Assembly (NCBI GenBank): GCA_963663225.1
Contig: OY760142.1
Span: 2,560,001 to 2,624,000, forward strand
Reading direction: 5' to 3'
Length of the DNA stretch: 64,000 nucleotides
DNA from: Nitrospirota bacterium
GTDB taxonomy: Bacteria > Nitrospirota > UBA9217
This document shows positions 30,999 to 40,672 of this stretch, piece after piece; positions within the stretch are counted from its first letter, which is position 1; every line of letters starts with the position of its first letter. The notes under the pieces are model-generated. The model saw nothing but the letters and a program-made list of their open reading frames with translations. It ran no database searches and was not told the origin of the DNA. Both the position numbers and the translations under genes were made by a program.

Positions 30999-32099
30999 AT
31001 GATACTTATACCCTTTTTGGTAAGAAACAAACTGCTGGTTCTCTCATGTGTTCTTTTTTTTGCAACATCGTCCGTTTCATCTGCCGAAAATATACGCATT
31101 GCGATTGCGGACAATCAAAAGTCAGTTACCCTTATCTCCGGCACCGGTTTCAAGGCTGATGGAGAACATTCGGAAATACGACAAAAAAAAATAACATTTT
31201 CTGTGAATTCATTAAACCACGCAGGGATACGCCTCTGTTCCCTGGATGGTTTTGTAAAAATAAATGGCAAGAACTATCGCGGTTGGATAGAGGTCAGGAA
31301 AAAGAAAAACGGGCGATTTCTTGTTGTCAATGAACTTGATATCGAAGACTACCTCAAGGGGGTTATTTCTGCCGAAGTGCCTTCCCACTGGCAGTTTGAA
31401 GCCCTCAAAGCCCAGGCCGTTGCCTCCCGGAGTTATGCACTCTATCAAAAAAGAGAATCAGGCAATCGTCCTTATCATATGCTTGCTTCTGAGATGAGCC
31501 AGGTATACAACGGTAGTTCTCATGAGCGGAAAAATGCAGTAAGAGCAGTGCAGGAAACTGACGGCCTTGTTCTTATGTACCGCGGACAGATTATACCGGC
31601 ATTTTATCACTCCAGCTGCGGCGGGCATACTGAAAATGCTGCTGAACTTTGGGGCATTGATGAACCCTATCTCAGAGGAGTCGACTGTGAATGCCAAAGG
31701 ATTTCACCCTATGGCTTATGGGAAAAACGCGTGGAAATGTCTAAACTGCTCACTGCCTTGAAGCGGCTTGGATACGGACTGCAGAGCATTACCAGCTTAC
31801 ATATTGGAGATATTACGCCGGCTGGCCGGGTAAAAGCAATTGCAGTACGTTCAGCAAATCACTCCGTTCTGGTCCCCGGAGAATCATTGCGAGGTGCACT
31901 GGGCAATACAGTCATCCCGAGTGTTTTTTTCGAGCTGGAAATAGCCGGTTATGAAATAATTTTTTCAGGCAGAGGCAGAGGACACGGCGTCGGTCTGTGC
32001 CAGTGGGGTGCGCAGGAAATGGCACTGCAGGACCAGGATTTCCGCTCTATTTTATCGCATTATTATCCCGGTACAGTACTCGCCCGGTTGAAAGAATGA
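30999..32099 (+). CDS. SpoIID/LytB domain protein
   Basis: EDYLKGV, EALKAQAVASRSY, YHSSCGG, GHGVGLCQWGA, HYYPG. Confidence 0.92.
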   Translation: MILIPFLVRNKLLVLSCVLFFATSSVSSAENIRIAIADNQKSVTLISGTGFKADGEHSEIRQKKITFSVNSLNHAGIRLCSLDGFVKINGKNYRGWIEVRKKKNGRFLVVNELDIEDYLKGVISAEVPSHWQFEALKAQAVASRSYALYQKRESGNRPYHMLASEMSQVYNGSSHERKNAVRAVQETDGLVLMYRGQIIPAFYHSSCGGHTENAAELWGIDEPYLRGVDCECQRISPYGLWEKRVEMSKLLTALKRLGYGLQSITSLHIGDITPAGRVKAIAVRSANHSVLVPGESLRGALGNTVIPSVFFELEIAGYEIIFSGRGRGHGVGLCQWGAQEMALQDQDFRSILSHYYPGTVLARLKE

Positions 32100-32185
32100 C
32101 GTATTCATTCTCCTGTCATGGATAATATCTTTGCTAAATCATGTTTTTTCTTGACAGAAAAGCAGACTGGGTTATAGAATAAATC

Positions 32186-32935
32186 ATGAAAAAAAGCATG
32201 CAAAGACAGAAACCTTCTTTTCTCCTCGCCGTGACCGCAATATTCCTCCTGCTCATCGGAGTATTAACATTTCTTGCATATAAGAGAAACGGCATCTACC
32301 TGACTCATGTTACGCTCTGGGCTGATATTGTGAAGCAGTCGCCTGAAAAACGCAGGGCACATGAGAATTATGGACAGGCGCTTTCAACTGCCGGCTACTA
32401 CCCAGAAGCATTGCATGAATTCCAGACGGTGATGGCATTAAAGGATGATGGGAGTGTTCCTCCCCGCGATTTGTATCGCGAGATCGGGGTGGTTTACTAC
32501 CGATTGGAACGATATGATGACGCAGTAACAGCGTGGAGGCAGGGATTAAAAGATTCCCCTTATGATCCCAGTCTTTTAAACAACCTGTCAGTCGTGATGC
32601 TGCAAAAGGGCCGTTATGATGAAGCGGCAAAATACGCCCAGCAGGCGCTTGAAGGCTCGCCCGGGATGCCTCAGGCCCTTAATACCATGGCGCAAGTGTA
32701 TCTTGCAAAACATGACTACGAGAAAGCCGCACGTTTTTTCCTGATGGCATTAGAACAGGATCCGGATGTGCCGCAGCGATACTGGAATGCTGCTCTTGCT
32801 CTTGAAAAAATAAAAAATTATGAAAAAGCTTTTCAGTATGCAAATAGATACTTGTCGATGGAGAGAGAGCCCGAGGCCCGTCAGCGTGCATTGAGTTACT
32901 TGCAACATCTTAGGAAGATCATGGGCAAGCAGTAG
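32186..32935 (+). CDS. Membrane-anchored TPR protein
   Basis: N-terminal TM helix, LWADIVKQSP, several TPR repeats. Confidence 0.8.
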   Translation: MKKSMQRQKPSFLLAVTAIFLLLIGVLTFLAYKRNGIYLTHVTLWADIVKQSPEKRRAHENYGQALSTAGYYPEALHEFQTVMALKDDGSVPPRDLYREIGVVYYRLERYDDAVTAWRQGLKDSPYDPSLLNNLSVVMLQKGRYDEAAKYAQQALEGSPGMPQALNTMAQVYLAKHDYEKAARFFLMALEQDPDVPQRYWNAALALEKIKNYEKAFQYANRYLSMEREPEARQRALSYLQHLRKIMGKQ

Positions 32936-32985
32936 CATTAAGATCAGAATCGATCTTTTCCTTAAGCCGCGGTACGAGCTGTAAT

Positions 32986-33023
32986 AAAAAAGCCCCGAGA
33001 CATTTTTTTCTCGGGGCTTTTTT
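32986..33023. terminator. Bidirectional intrinsic terminator
   Basis: AAAAAAGCCCCGAGA...TCTCGGGGCTTTTTT between convergent genes. Confidence 0.85.
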
Positions 33024-33039
33024 ATCAGAGTAGATTGTT

Positions 33040-33885
33040 TTACTTCTGCTGGGCAGGTTTTGCTGGAGTTGGTTTCGGTTGCACCTGTGAAGCCGGTGCT
33101 GTCGTGGACGGTGCAGAAGATGTCGCTTTTATCGTCGAAGTTTGGCTTGACTGCGGTTGTTGCGCAGATGAAGAGGCGGCTGAAGCTGTCGTGCTTTGTT
33201 TTGATTGGGGTTCCGGAACTTGTTTTGCTGCAAGTTGTGCTGTTAAAGTGTTTTCTATAATTATCATTGCCTTACGGTCTTTCAGTTTAAAACCGGCATC
33301 AACCTGCTTTGATGAATACGCAGTTGCAATAAGGGCATCCTGGTTCACATTTCTTTTTTCGAGATACTTTATTAACTCCATCGACCGGTCAGCAGCAAGC
33401 AACCGCGCGTCCTTTGCAGGTATTTTCTTCTTTCCTGATCCTTGCGCCGAAACCGCTTGGGTCACATTGCCAATAGAGATATTTTTGTCTTTTAGGTTTT
33501 CGTTTTTGAGCAGCGATTCAAGCTTTAGAAGGAGCTGGGGGCTTTCTTTCGTGAATGTTTTCGACCCCGGCATATAAAGCGCATGCTCTGCAATATTGAC
33601 CACCACTTTGTTCCCGATAACGGAAACTTCCGCATTTCCGGCTTTTATCTCGTCATTAAGTCCGGAGGTGATTGCCTCTGCGATAGGTTTTGTCCAGGAC
33701 TTATCTTTGTTTTCCTGGTCCTTATATTTTTTCAACTCCAGCCTGGTTTTCTCCAGTTCAGATTTTCCGGATTGCAAACCGGCATACTCAGTGCTCATGG
33801 GCTGGTACAAAGAAACATAGAAAAATGCCGCACCACCCAAACAGACGAGAAGTAGTGCACTTAATACTATTACAAGTATCCTCAT
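33040..33885 (-). CDS. Divergent OmpA/MotB-like membrane-anchored protein with low-complexity C tail
   Basis: N-terminal TM helix, coiled coil, MotB-like VNIAEHALYMPGS and LAADRSMELIKYL; peptidoglycan-binding motif degenerate. Confidence 0.55.
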   Translation of the reverse strand: MRILVIVLSALLLVCLGGAAFFYVSLYQPMSTEYAGLQSGKSELEKTRLELKKYKDQENKDKSWTKPIAEAITSGLNDEIKAGNAEVSVIGNKVVVNIAEHALYMPGSKTFTKESPQLLLKLESLLKNENLKDKNISIGNVTQAVSAQGSGKKKIPAKDARLLAADRSMELIKYLEKRNVNQDALIATAYSSKQVDAGFKLKDRKAMIIIENTLTAQLAAKQVPEPQSKQSTTASAASSSAQQPQSSQTSTIKATSSAPSTTAPASQVQPKPTPAKPAQQK

Positions 33886-34288
33886 AACTCCTCCTGGTCA
33901 ATTTTTATGAAGTATAACGTTTTTTTCAGCATGATGCCGAATGTATAAACCGAATATTTGTTGATCAAGACAAAAAATAATAGCTGTTCTTTTTATCACA
34001 GAAAACGTGTAAAGTCAATGAGTTTGTTGGATTAGATATATGGTGCATAGTTAGCATATAGCGAGTGGAACCGCTGATTTTGCCGATTAGTAATAATTTG
34101 AACTTTTTTTATCGGTGCGATAGGTATTTTCTAAAAATAATTGCGTTAAAGTATGAAAGACCTTGATTTTTAAACATTTTTTAAAGTATACTAATTGTAT
34201 TAGCACGATGAATTTTTTTGTTTTATATTTGTAGCTGTATTCGTTAGATCAGGCATTCACTATTATGTAGAATGCTGGCGGAGAAGGA

Positions 34289-34636
34289 GTGTATACAATG
34301 ACAAAAAATAAGCATGTTGCGGATTTGGAGTTGCTCACACAGGAACTAACTAGAATGCGTGAAGACTTTGCTGCCCTTGCGACAACGGTAAAAGAACACA
34401 TAAATGCTAAAACAGAAGCAACTTTCAGTGATGAACATCAGGATGCGCATAGAGAAAACGGTCATCTCGGATGGTCAGATGTCCAGAAGGCTTTTGAAGA
34501 AACGAAAATTCGCAGTGAAAAAATGCTCAAAGATCTTGTGTCGGAAGTAGAACGTCATCCTATCAGAAGCGTTGTCACTGCAATGGGTATTGGTTTTATT
34601 CTTGCAAAAATTTTCGGTCGGGGGAGGAACAGCTGA
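34289..34636 (+). CDS. ElaB/YqjD (DUF883)-like tail-anchored protein
   Basis: C-terminal VERHPIRSVVTAMGIGFILAKIF motif. Confidence 0.7.
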   Translation: MYTMTKNKHVADLELLTQELTRMREDFAALATTVKEHINAKTEATFSDEHQDAHRENGHLGWSDVQKAFEETKIRSEKMLKDLVSEVERHPIRSVVTAMGIGFILAKIFGRGRNS

Positions 34637-34637
34637 T

Positions 34638-34913
34638 ATGAAAGTCTTGGCAGATTTCATTATCGCTTTTTTTGATCTTTTGGAGGCTGAAGGGAGAACG
34701 TTGAGAAGAGCAGTGATGCAGGTAGTCTTGTGTATGGTTTTGTTGCTTATTGCTGCTTTGCTCTCGCTTGCAGCCGCAGGGTTCTTTCTGGTCGGGATGT
34801 ATCAGTATCTCTCCTTGTACATTGCTCCGCCGTTTGCAGCGCTGGTGTTGGCCTGTGTGTCTTTGTTGCTTGGGCTCATTGTTGCTGGCATCGCCCATTG
34901 GAGGACCCGATGA
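34638..34913 (+). CDS. YqjE-like small membrane protein (holin-like family)
   Basis: DLLEAEGR followed by two TM helices; follows the DUF883 gene. Confidence 0.6.
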   Translation: MKVLADFIIAFFDLLEAEGRTLRRAVMQVVLCMVLLLIAALLSLAAAGFFLVGMYQYLSLYIAPPFAALVLACVSLLLGLIVAGIAHWRTR

Positions 34914-35266
34914 ATCAGAGGGAAGAAGTCAGAGAGCAATTTCGGTCCGCCGCAAAGGGAAGAACCGGTGCCCCTGTGGATGGTGCGGTTGAAGAAGCAA
35001 AAAGAAGGTTTCGTGAATCTGCCGCTGACCTCGACCGGAAAATCGGTTTGGAAAATATTACGCAACTCTCTTTGCGAGGCGGCATTCCGTTTTTTTTGAT
35101 GCTATTCAGCATGATAAAAGCACAACACTGGCTTGTGCCGATTTTCTCCGGTTTTTTGCATTTTGGCGGGAAAACGGTTGAAAGCGTCATCAGCATGCTG
35201 ACGCCCCACCGAAGAAAAAACGCTGTGCGTACAGCCGGTAAATCACAGAAAAAAAATCGAAGTTAA
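34910..35266 (+). CDS. Hypothetical protein (third gene of ElaB/YqjE-type triad)
   Basis: ATGA overlap with previous stop, GGAGG RBS. Confidence 0.55.
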   Translation: MNQREEVREQFRSAAKGRTGAPVDGAVEEAKRRFRESAADLDRKIGLENITQLSLRGGIPFFLMLFSMIKAQHWLVPIFSGFLHFGGKTVESVISMLTPHRRKNAVRTAGKSQKKNRS

Positions 35267-35350
35267 TTTTTGTTACTTGGACGTTCTGAACTCGGTTTCT
35301 CTATTTTGCTCTGCGGTACATACAGCAACCTGCCTGTTCTGAGAAAGATG

Positions 35351-35674
35351 TTACTGTACTCCGACAACGCTATTGTAAGTTCCATAGGGATTTGGGACCT
35401 TATCAGAACAGGACGGCTCCATGATCCAGACGCCGTCAACGATATATTTATACTCGTGATGTCCTGGCGGCAGATTTATGGTAATTTTCCAGAGGCCGCT
35501 TGCATCTTTTTTCATGGGTAGAGACCTGGCGTTCCATGCATTAAATGCTCCGGCCAGAAAAACTTTATCCGCACGCGGTGCGTAAAATGAGAATTCAACA
35601 GCGCGTTCATCAGGTCTTGCGTCAAGCCGTGCATAAGACGGCTGCATTTTTTTTATTTTTTTGAACATTCCCAT
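35351..35674 (-). CDS. Glycogen-binding (CBM48 / isoamylase early set) domain protein
   Basis: APRADKVFLAGAFNAW, HEYKYIVDGVW, PNPYGTYNSV. Confidence 0.88.
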   Translation of the reverse strand: MGMFKKIKKMQPSYARLDARPDERAVEFSFYAPRADKVFLAGAFNAWNARSLPMKKDASGLWKITINLPPGHHEYKYIVDGVWIMEPSCSDKVPNPYGTYNSVVGVQ

Positions 35675-35943
35675 ATTTTGACCTCCTTTAAAGCTTTCTC
35701 ATACCAAGAGTGCTCTCGCATCCAAAAACGTCAGACGCACGTTTGTAATTCTTTTGCTTCTTCTCAAGCATCTGGCGGATTGTTTATGCAGTCAATGCTC
35801 AAGCAGTAATTCATCTTAAATTTAGCACAAGTCTTTTTTTTTACAATAGCACTTTATTCGTATTTCTGTGGATAATACACGGATTTATGAGGGAAACAGC
35901 AGGCAGGGAAGAGATGAATGAAGGGAGGTGAAAGAGAAGTATC

Positions 35944-38900
35944 CTAGTGATACGATACAGTCCCCGCACCGAGCACGGACTCGATTTCGCCTATAAGTTC
36001 ATCGTTCGGATTTACCCGGATCTCACGTCCCAGAGATATGAGTGATTCTTTGCGTGATGGATTTTGGAGCCGAAGATAAACAGGAATATCCCCTTTGTAT
36101 TGCAGAAGGATATTTTTAACCTTAAGGAGGTCATCCTGAGTAAGTCCGGTGGAATTTAGTTTGATATCCATCCGTTTTGTTCCTTTCTTTTTTACTTCGG
36201 TCAGGAGATGGATCCGTACAGCCTTGATTTTATTTCCCTGCTCACTTTTATCAAGCTGTCCGGCTATGATAAGCGGTGCGTCGGTAAGCAGCATGGAATT
36301 GGCCGTTTTATACAACTCGGGGAACACGATGACTTCCACGGTGCCGGTAAGGTCCTCAAGATTCATGATCGCCATCTTGTCGCCTTTTTTGGTTACTTTT
36401 TGCTTTAATCCTGCAATGATGCCGCAGATTGTCACTTCTTTGCCGTCCGGAATCTGTTCCAGCGTTTCTGTGGTGGACGACGTATAGCGTTTTATATCAT
36501 CCTGAAAAGCCGCCAAGGGATGGCCTGAAATATAAAATCCCATACTTTCTTTTTCATATGCAAGGAGCTGGCTTTCTTTCCATTCGCGGGTGTCCGGTAA
36601 AACCGCTTCTCTGTGAGTGTCAATAGTATCAAAAATACTGAACTGGCCGATCGCTTCCTGCTCCTGATGCTTTGCCGCGTGGTTCATCATCATATCAATG
36701 CCGTCCATCATCTGGGCTCTGCGGCTCCCGGTCCCATCCAGAGCGCCGCATTTAATCAAGGCTTCGATTACGCGACGGTTGACTCTTCGCTGGTCCACTT
36801 TATTGCAGAAATCTGCAAAGGACGAGAAAGGTCCTTTATTCTCCCGAGCTTCTATGATTGCATCAATTGCAGAAATGCCTACATTCTTTACAGCTGCGAG
36901 GCCGAAACGGATGGTGCCGATGGTGCTCCCTGGTTCGATATTGTCCCGATCATGCGCTTCGACAACGGTAAAATCCCAGCGGCTTTCGTTCACATCAGGC
37001 GGCAGAATATTGATGCCCATTTGACGGGCTTCGTAGATATATTTTACCACCTTGTCCGTGTCCTGGACTTCGCTGGTGAGCAGGGCGGCCATATATTCGA
37101 CAGGATAGTGGGCTTTGAGGAAAGCGGTCTGGTACGAAATAAGTGCATATGCCGCACTGTGAGATTTGTTAAAGCCATATTCTGCGAATTTGGCCATAAG
37201 GTCGAAAATTTTCTCAGCCTTGCCTTTGGGGATTTTATTTTTTTCCGCTCCGCTCATGAACCGCTCTTTTTGTTTTGCCATTTCCTCCGGCTTCTTTTTC
37301 CCCATTGCCCTGCGCAGAAGGTCAGCTTCTCCCAGGGTATAGCCGGCAAGAATACTAGAAATCTGCATAACCTGTTCCTGGTAAACAATAACACCATACG
37401 TATCTTTCAGAATCGATTCGAGCTGGGGAAGCTCATATACAATCTTGGTGGATCCTTTTTTTCGTTTTATAAAATCATCCACCATACCGCTTCCCAGAGG
37501 ACCGGGCCGGTAAAGAGCCACAAGGGCTATGAGGTCTTCAAAACACTGCGGTTTCATTTTGAGAATGATATCGCGCATTCCGGACGACTCAAGCTGAAAA
37601 ATTCCCTGATTATCACCGCGTCCAAGAAGTTCAAAGGCTCGTGCATCGTCAAGAGGAATGCGGCTCACGGAAAAAGCTTCCGTCTCGGCGATGGGGGCCT
37701 GTTGCTGTCGTTGATTGATCAGGTCTTCGGCTTTGCGGATTACTGTGAGGTTTCTCAAACCGAGGAAATCGAATTTTACAAGACCGATTTTCTCGACACC
37801 GTTCATATCGAACTGGGTCGTAATTTCATCTTTGGGAGTTTTGAAAAGCGGCAGGTATTCCGTCAGCGGTTCCTGAGAGATGACAACGCCTGCGGCATGT
37901 TTTGATGCGTGGCGTACTTGTCCTTCAAGATTAAGGGCAATATCCAGAAGCTCTGCCATGCGTGCATCTTGCCTGGATATTTCCTTGAATTTTGGTTCCT
38001 GTTCCATGGCTTCTTTGAGCGTGATATTAAGCTTGTTCGGAACAAGTTTGGCAAGTTTGTCGCACTCAGAATAAGGAATGTCCAGGACTCGTCCTACGTC
38101 CCGTATGACCCCTTTGGCCAGCATGGTTCCATACGTAATGATCTGGGTGACATGGTCCTGACCGTATTTTTCCGTTACATATTTGATGACTTCATCGCGG
38201 CGATCCTGGCAGAAATCCACGTCGATATCAGGCATACTGATACGTTCGGGGTTCAGAAAACGTTCAAACAGAAGATTATATGGCAGGGGATCAAGGTCAG
38301 TGATCCTGAGTGCATAGGCCACCAGGCTCCCCGCAGCTGATCCTCGGCCGGGTCCGACGGGAATGCCTTGCTCCTTGGCATGCCGAATAAAGTCTGAGAC
38401 GATGAGCATATAGCCGGCAAAGCCCATCTTCTCAATTGTTTGGATTTCGAACTCCAGTCTTTTTTGATATTTAGCGCGGTCTACGCTGTCGGATCCGCGT
38501 ACGGCGGCTATCTCTGCGAAGCGTTCCTCAAGTCCTTTACGCGCCAGTTCGGCCATAAAAGATTCTTTTGTGTAGCCTGCCGGCACGGGAAAATGAGGCA
38601 AGTGGAATTTGCCCAATTCAAGCTCAAGATTGCAGCGTTCGGCGATTTTGATGGTATTGGCGATTGCTTCAGGGAACTGAGAAAACGCTTTTTTCATTTC
38701 TTCCGGCGTTTTCATGTAAAATGTTTCAGAAGAAAACCTGAGTCGGTTCGCATCTTTTACAATCTTGCCGGTCTGAATGCAAAGCAATGCGTCGTGGGCC
38801 TTGTGGTCTTGCTTGTCCAGATAATGGCAGTCGTTTGTGGCTACCAGGGGAATTCCGGTTTCCTTGCTCAGTTTAACCAATTCCCGGTTCACTATTTCCT

Positions 38901-39462
38901 GCTCAGGAATGCCATTGTCCTGAAGTTCGAGATAGAAATCTTCTTTTCCAAAAATATTTTGGTAGTGGAGAGCCGTCTTCTTCGCTTCTTCATAGCGGTT
39001 CTGAATCAGAAGAGAGGGGATTTCGCCTCCCAGACAGGCAGAAAGGCCTATGAGACCCTCGCTGTGACCGGCAAGCAGCTCTTTGTCTATTCGTGGCTTG
39101 TAGTAGAAACCTTCGAGATATGCCGCCGTAACAAGTTTGACGAGGTTTTTGTAACCCTGCCTGTTTCGGGCGAGCAAAATGAGATGATAGGAGGCCTCTT
39201 CATTTTGGCCTGCTGGTGCTGTTTTGTCGAAGCGGGAGCCCGGGGCCACATAAATTTCACAACCGAGGATGGGCTTAATTCCCGCTTTCAGCGCTTTTTG
39301 ATAAAAATCAAGTGCGGAGAATACATTGCCGTGGTCTGTGACAGCGACGGCGGGCATTTTAAGCTCGACTGCCTTGTTAATTAATTTATCGATGCCTATC
39401 GCGCCATCTAAAAGGCTGTATTCCGTGTGGAGATGCAGGTGAACAAAATCGGCATGACGCAT
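35944..39462 (-). CDS. dnaE: DNA polymerase III alpha subunit
   Basis: HLHLHTEYSLLDG PHP domain, GPGRGSAAGS, MPDIDVDF, YGFNKSHS, OB fold. Confidence 0.98.
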   Translation of the reverse strand: MRHADFVHLHLHTEYSLLDGAIGIDKLINKAVELKMPAVAVTDHGNVFSALDFYQKALKAGIKPILGCEIYVAPGSRFDKTAPAGQNEEASYHLILLARNRQGYKNLVKLVTAAYLEGFYYKPRIDKELLAGHSEGLIGLSACLGGEIPSLLIQNRYEEAKKTALHYQNIFGKEDFYLELQDNGIPEQEIVNRELVKLSKETGIPLVATNDCHYLDKQDHKAHDALLCIQTGKIVKDANRLRFSSETFYMKTPEEMKKAFSQFPEAIANTIKIAERCNLELELGKFHLPHFPVPAGYTKESFMAELARKGLEERFAEIAAVRGSDSVDRAKYQKRLEFEIQTIEKMGFAGYMLIVSDFIRHAKEQGIPVGPGRGSAAGSLVAYALRITDLDPLPYNLLFERFLNPERISMPDIDVDFCQDRRDEVIKYVTEKYGQDHVTQIITYGTMLAKGVIRDVGRVLDIPYSECDKLAKLVPNKLNITLKEAMEQEPKFKEISRQDARMAELLDIALNLEGQVRHASKHAAGVVISQEPLTEYLPLFKTPKDEITTQFDMNGVEKIGLVKFDFLGLRNLTVIRKAEDLINQRQQQAPIAETEAFSVSRIPLDDARAFELLGRGDNQGIFQLESSGMRDIILKMKPQCFEDLIALVALYRPGPLGSGMVDDFIKRKKGSTKIVYELPQLESILKDTYGVIVYQEQVMQISSILAGYTLGEADLLRRAMGKKKPEEMAKQKERFMSGAEKNKIPKGKAEKIFDLMAKFAEYGFNKSHSAAYALISYQTAFLKAHYPVEYMAALLTSEVQDTDKVVKYIYEARQMGINILPPDVNESRWDFTVVEAHDRDNIEPGSTIGTIRFGLAAVKNVGISAIDAIIEARENKGPFSSFADFCNKVDQRRVNRRVIEALIKCGALDGTGSRRAQMMDGIDMMMNHAAKHQEQEAIGQFSIFDTIDTHREAVLPDTREWKESQLLAYEKESMGFYISGHPLAAFQDDIKRYTSSTTETLEQIPDGKEVTICGIIAGLKQKVTKKGDKMAIMNLEDLTGTVEVIVFPELYKTANSMLLTDAPLIIAGQLDKSEQGNKIKAVRIHLLTEVKKKGTKRMDIKLNSTGLTQDDLLKVKNILLQYKGDIPVYLRLQNPSRKESLISLGREIRVNPNDELIGEIESVLGAGTVSYH

Positions 39463-39542
39463 AGATAGATTGAACCGGGTTGCTGCGGGGTGACGATTAG
39501 CAAAGCGACACTAGGGAGATCGCTTTACATTTTGGATTAAAA

Positions 39543-39618
39543 TGGAGGCGGCGATCGGATTTGAACCGATGAATGAAGGTTTTGCAGACCTCTGCCTTAG
39601 CCACTTGGCTACGCCGCC
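39543..39618 (-). tRNA. tRNA-Cys(GCA)
   Basis: 76-nt cloverleaf GGCGGCG...CGCCGCC-T-CCA, anticodon loop CTGCAAA, T-loop TTCAAAT. Confidence 0.96.
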
Positions 39619-39628
39619 TTAAAACAAA

Positions 39629-39689
39629 AAAAGTTAAAAGCTAAAAGTTCGCGTATAGGCCGTGCCAAAACTTTTACCTTTTAACTTTT
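39629..39689. repeat. 21-bp inverted repeat of heptamer units in the tRNA spacer
   Basis: AAAAGTTAAAAGCTAAAAGTT ... AACTTTTACCTTTTAACTTTT (1 mismatch). Confidence 0.8.
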
Positions 39690-39699
39690 CGCGAGAACT

Positions 39700-39745
39700 A
39701 TGGAGCGGGTGGCGGGACTCGAACCCGTGACCCCAACCTTGGCAA
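39700..39745 (-). repeat. Left attachment site: displaced 3' half of tRNA-Gly
   Basis: 46 bp identical to 55461-55506; identity begins at the anticodon loop TTGCCAA and runs through CCA. Confidence 0.97.
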
Positions 39746-39863
39746 ACAAGCCGTAATAACGTTTAACCATTCCCCGCCTTGACCTTTCCTTGTCTTTTCA
39801 TGCCTTTAGTGTGCAATAGGTGATAAAGGCATTACCTTCTTTTGTCCTTTATTATACCCCTCT

Positions 39864-39896
39864 ACTAACACAGTTACTAGCACACCAACTGTCACG
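39864..39896 (+). repeat. Putative integrase arm-type sites (left arm)
   Basis: ACTAACACA, ACTAGCACA, ACTGTCACG at 12-bp period; same motif on the right arm. Confidence 0.6.
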
Positions 39897-39904
39897 GAGA
39901 GCTA

Positions 39905-39933
39905 ATAATAAGAAACTTCACTGATTTTGTCAA
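39905..39933 (-). promoter_or_regulatory. Outward-facing sigma70 promoter aimed at tRNA-Cys
   Basis: Minus strand TTGACA-N17-TATTAT. Confidence 0.65.
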
Positions 39934-39974
39934 GTTATTTGAAAATGAAAACGAAAAGGAAAAGGAGACTGAAA

Positions 39975-40298
39975 ATGAAAACGAAATTAAAAGTCAGTAA
40001 TCCCACCGAGCTATATAAATCCATTCAATCCAGCGTTAAACGCAGCTGTGTCAAGCATAAGAGCTTAATCAAAGAAATAAACCGCTACAAGTTGAATATA
40101 GAAGATGTCGATATTCTTTTTCAGACTATCGGAGACGATGAAGAGATAAGGTACAACCGTCTACAAAGAGGAAAAGAAAACCGGATCAGTGTCATTGTAG
40201 CTATGAAGCAGAGCCGTTTTGAGCCGGTTCAGCTCATTATTGATACTGGACTGATAAAAGAATTAGATAAACTAGATAAAGCAGGGACACCTGCTTAG
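39975..40298 (+). CDS. Hypothetical protein
   Basis: ORF with AAGGAG RBS; no recognisable motif. Confidence 0.6.
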   Translation: MKTKLKVSNPTELYKSIQSSVKRSCVKHKSLIKEINRYKLNIEDVDILFQTIGDDEEIRYNRLQRGKENRISVIVAMKQSRFEPVQLIIDTGLIKELDKLDKAGTPA

Positions 40299-40327
40299 CA
40301 ACCAAATACTAAAAGGAGGGTAAAAAC

Positions 40328-40630
40328 ATGGAAAAGCTATTGAAAATAGACACTAGCAAAGACACTGGTGATGGAATGAAAGAAGCGAACAAAAGTCTAC
40401 TGGACGCAACCGATGAAATTGTCAAGGCACGTACAAAAATTGCGTTCTTGCTTAATGCAATATCTGGCGGAGAGCATGTTGATAGAGATTATTTCTTTAC
40501 AATAGACAATCCAGACGGACAGGAAGGTTTATGCTTTATTCTAATGGAAATTCACGAGCATCTTTGCCAGGCGATTAAACCACACTGGCTAGAAGGTGAC
40601 AGTAAACCAGAAGAGACAGTAACATTGTAG
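40328..40630 (+). CDS. Hypothetical protein
   Basis: ORF with AGGAGG RBS. Confidence 0.65.
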   Translation: MEKLLKIDTSKDTGDGMKEANKSLLDATDEIVKARTKIAFLLNAISGGEHVDRDYFFTIDNPDGQEGLCFILMEIHEHLCQAIKPHWLEGDSKPEETVTL

Positions 40631-40637
40631 GCACTCG

Positions 40638-40672
40638 GCCCCCTGGGTGCGCAACCGGGGGGCTTTACTTTT
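40638..40672 (+). terminator. Intrinsic terminator
   Basis: GCCCCCTGG-loop-CCGGGGGGC then TTTACTTTT. Confidence 0.7.

Noticed and set aside
34638-34913. Phage holin / lysis cassette
   Set aside because: Lies in a chromosomal ElaB/YqjE-type triad outside the att sites; no endolysin
35944-39462. Intein or split in dnaE; long antisense ORFs 36613-37905 and 38440-39384
   Set aside because: DnaE is normal length and uninterrupted; the antisense ORFs are shadows with no motifs
39701-39745. Second tRNA-Gly gene
   Set aside because: Only the 3' half is present; it is the att duplication
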